A program made the position numbers and the translations under genes. A DNA stretch of 64,000 nucleotides from the NCBI GenBank assembly GCA_977016875.1, contig CDRNST010000165.1, positions 310,001-374,000 of the forward strand, given 5' to 3'. Positions 61,901 through 64,000 of this stretch are shown one piece after another. The stretch comes from Pavona decussata. Taxonomy: Eukaryota. The notes under the pieces were generated by a model, which made no database searches, was not told the DNA's origin, and saw only the letters and a program-made list of their open reading frames with translations. Each line of letters opens with the position of its first letter. Position 1 is the stretch's first letter.

Positions 61901-64000
61901 ATGGTCACTTCTGCACTTGAAGGTGAAAATTCTGGAGGATTATCGTTTCTGTCCAAGATGTCTACGTTCACTGAGGTTGTCGCTGATAAAGGACGTACAG
62001 TTCCCACCTTGGCTATAACACTTAAAAAGTACTTTGTTTTGGTTTCCCTGTCTACTTGTCCATCAACCATGATAATACCTCCAGCACGGTCAACAATGAA
62101 CAACTGGTGTGGATCACCTGACAAGATCTCATATTGAATACTGTCATTTTTGGATTTTGTTGTAGCAATGACTTTACCAATGTAAGTCCCAGATGGAACA
62201 TTTTCATATACTGAGAAGTTGTAAATGTTGTGTTCAAACTCAGGTGGATTGTCCGATTGGCCTTGCACAGTCACCTCAACTGTAGCTGCCTGCTGCGCGT
62301 AAAGGCCACCCATATCACGAGCTGTTATGTTCAGCTTGTAAAAGCCTTTGACTTTGCTATCAAGGGGAGTGATTGTTCTTATTTCACCACTTGATCTGTT
62401 AATAAAGAACTTACCATCACCTCCACTCACAATCATGTAGATGATTTGTCCATTGGTACCTATATCAGCATCAGTTGCTGTAACTTGAGTAATAACTCTT
62501 GGCTGGGTGTTAGATAAGATGCTCTCAATATAAGTAATGGGATAAAATGTTGGACGATTATCATTTACATCTGTAACGTGTATACAGACTAATGTTCTTG
62601 AAGACTGCCGCGGAACGCCATGATCACTAGCCATAATGGGTATGTCATAAGAGCTCTTCAGTTCACGATCAAGTTTAATTTTGGTAGTCAAAACACCAGT
62701 CCTTGCTGCAATACTAAAAGTATCCAGTATAACCCGAGAGGTAGAATCAATTTTATAAGTTACATTGCCATTAGCACCCACATCATCATCTGTTGCCTGA
62801 AGAGTAATAACAGCAGTCCCAGGATCCTTGTTCTCGGCTAATGTTGCATTATACACACCCTGGGAAAATCTTGGTGGATTGTCATTGGTGTCATCTATTG
62901 TTACTATGACAACAGTGGTACTATTGAGCGGTGGCAAACCATGGTCCTTAGCAAGCACAGTCAGTGAAACTTGCGGGAAACGTTCTCTGTCAAGAGACAT
63001 AGCAGTTGTAATGAGGCCTGATGTAGAGTCGATTTGAAACCACCGCAGTCCATTACCACTTAAAATTGAATAGGAAATCTGGCCATTAATACCAGTGTCA
63101 GAATCAGACGCTGTTATACGATACACAGAGCTACCATTCTGAGCTTGTTCACTAACTGATGCTAAGTACGCTGACTCATTGAAGGTTGGGACTTCATCGT
63201 TAACATCCACAACAGACAAAAGAACATGAACCGACGAATCAAGACTTGGACTTCCACCATCTCTTGCAGTGACAGTGATGTTGTACGATGCCAATCTTTC
63301 ACGATCTAGCAGTGTTGCAGTTTTTAGATTATAGACAGCCCCATTTAAATTTGTATTTGTCTTGACTAATTCAAAACTTCCATTACCATTGGAAATCTCC
63401 ATGTTTACGTCGGCATTTGCACCAGAATCACCATCTGTGACATAAAAAAGTGCCACACGTGTGCCAATAGCATCACTTTCAGAGATGTTATGTTTTGTGA
63501 GAATCACTCGTATTTGCGGCTTATTATCATTGACATCTCTAATGCTAATTTCCACATTTGTGCTGCTTTGTTTAGGAGAACCACTTTTTGGCTGGTCTTT
63601 CGCAATCACTGTGAATAAGTAAGACTTTTTTACCAATTTTTCGTAATCAAGGGGTGCCTTGGTTCTGATAACCCCTGTAGTAGTATTCAGTTCGAAATCA
63701 TTCGAATCGCTGTCCGGATCATTTGGAAAATAATACATCACTTTACCATTCCAAGCCTCATCCTTGTCTGTTGCGGAAACAGTTAATATATTGACTCCAG
63801 CTCGAGTATTCTCGTCAACTGTGGCATTGTACAAGTTTGCTGTAAACACGGGCTCATTGTCGTTTACATCCAGAATTGTAATGTTTACTAAACAAAAGGC
63901 ACGTAGCGAAGGTTTTCCTCGATCGCTTGCAGAGATATTTATCTGGTATAAACTCACATTTTCCCGGTCAAGACTGCCTTGTGTTATGATACACAAGGAA
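46923..64000 (-). CDS. FAT4: Protocadherin Fat4/Fat-like atypical cadherin, with the 5' end beyond the window
   Basis: Exons >=64000-52390, 51316-51377, 50497-50801, 49666-49898, 46923-48998, all phases joining. About 32 cadherin repeats (DxNDNxPxF, LDRE, AxDxG), EGF repeats, two LamG domains, a TM segment VIAAIVFFIVLVILIVIAVIFA, and a cytoplasmic tail with Fat/Fat4 motifs HYDIEVAS, TFTCSEFEYD, FNWDDVLNWG..GVYKDIAQL and terminal EEYV. Confidence 0.93.
51451..51714. mobile_element. Degenerate MITE in a Fat intron
   Basis: AGGCAATT..CTTGTTTCGCAAC ... ACAAGTCGCTAAAAAATTGCCT inverted ends with internal GTTGCA/TGCAAC-like repeats. Confidence 0.5.
52096..52262 (+). repeat. Dispersed repeat with CCAAT boxes and a single copy of the 35-bp satellite core; other pieces at about 5163-5215 and 7790-7950
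   Basis: GCGGTTTTCAA..ACTCTGACCAATCAGAAC..ACCAATCAGAAC..GGCGCCAAGAGCGGGAAAACGCG..CACGATTGGTT. Confidence 0.65.

Noticed and set aside
52409-63037. Many short plus-strand ORFs opposite the Fat exon, and plus-strand ORFs opposite THOC2 exons (e.g. 15087-15503, 11521-11904)
   Set aside because: They are antisense shadows of long or low-complexity coding sequence, with no independent motifs.

Overview
Eukaryotic, AT-rich, intron-rich genomic DNA. Gene content and repeat families suggest a cnidarian, probably a stony coral (inference). Four protein-coding genes can be assembled by hand: (1) the 3' end of a secreted LamG/TSPN-VWC-TIL cysteine-rich protein (+, 1088-6653); (2) a complete THOC2 (-, 39479-10120, 47 coding exons, about 1648 aa) with two minor-spliceosome (U12) introns, one GT-AG and one terminal AT-AC; (3) a GTPBP8/YihA-EngB GTPase (+, 39600-44839), head-to-head with THOC2 across about 120 bp; (4) a Fat4-like protocadherin (-, beyond 64000 to 46923) whose cadherin array lies in one exon of more than 11.6 kb. 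Introns and intergenic DNA hold many MITEs, tRNA-derived SINEs, a LINE fragment and minisatellites. The most notable items are a 282-bp fold-back element in a THOC2 intron carrying two back-to-back minimal hammerhead-ribozyme motifs, a three-level nested transposon stack (Tc1/mariner > Harbinger-type MITE > Penelope-like fragment), a 35-bp minisatellite that multiplies an E2F-like site about 28 times, a run of THOC2 small exons that each encode a SUMO consensus, and a CpG-depletion boundary inside the giant Fat exon. All exon calls were read by eye, with no database searches.
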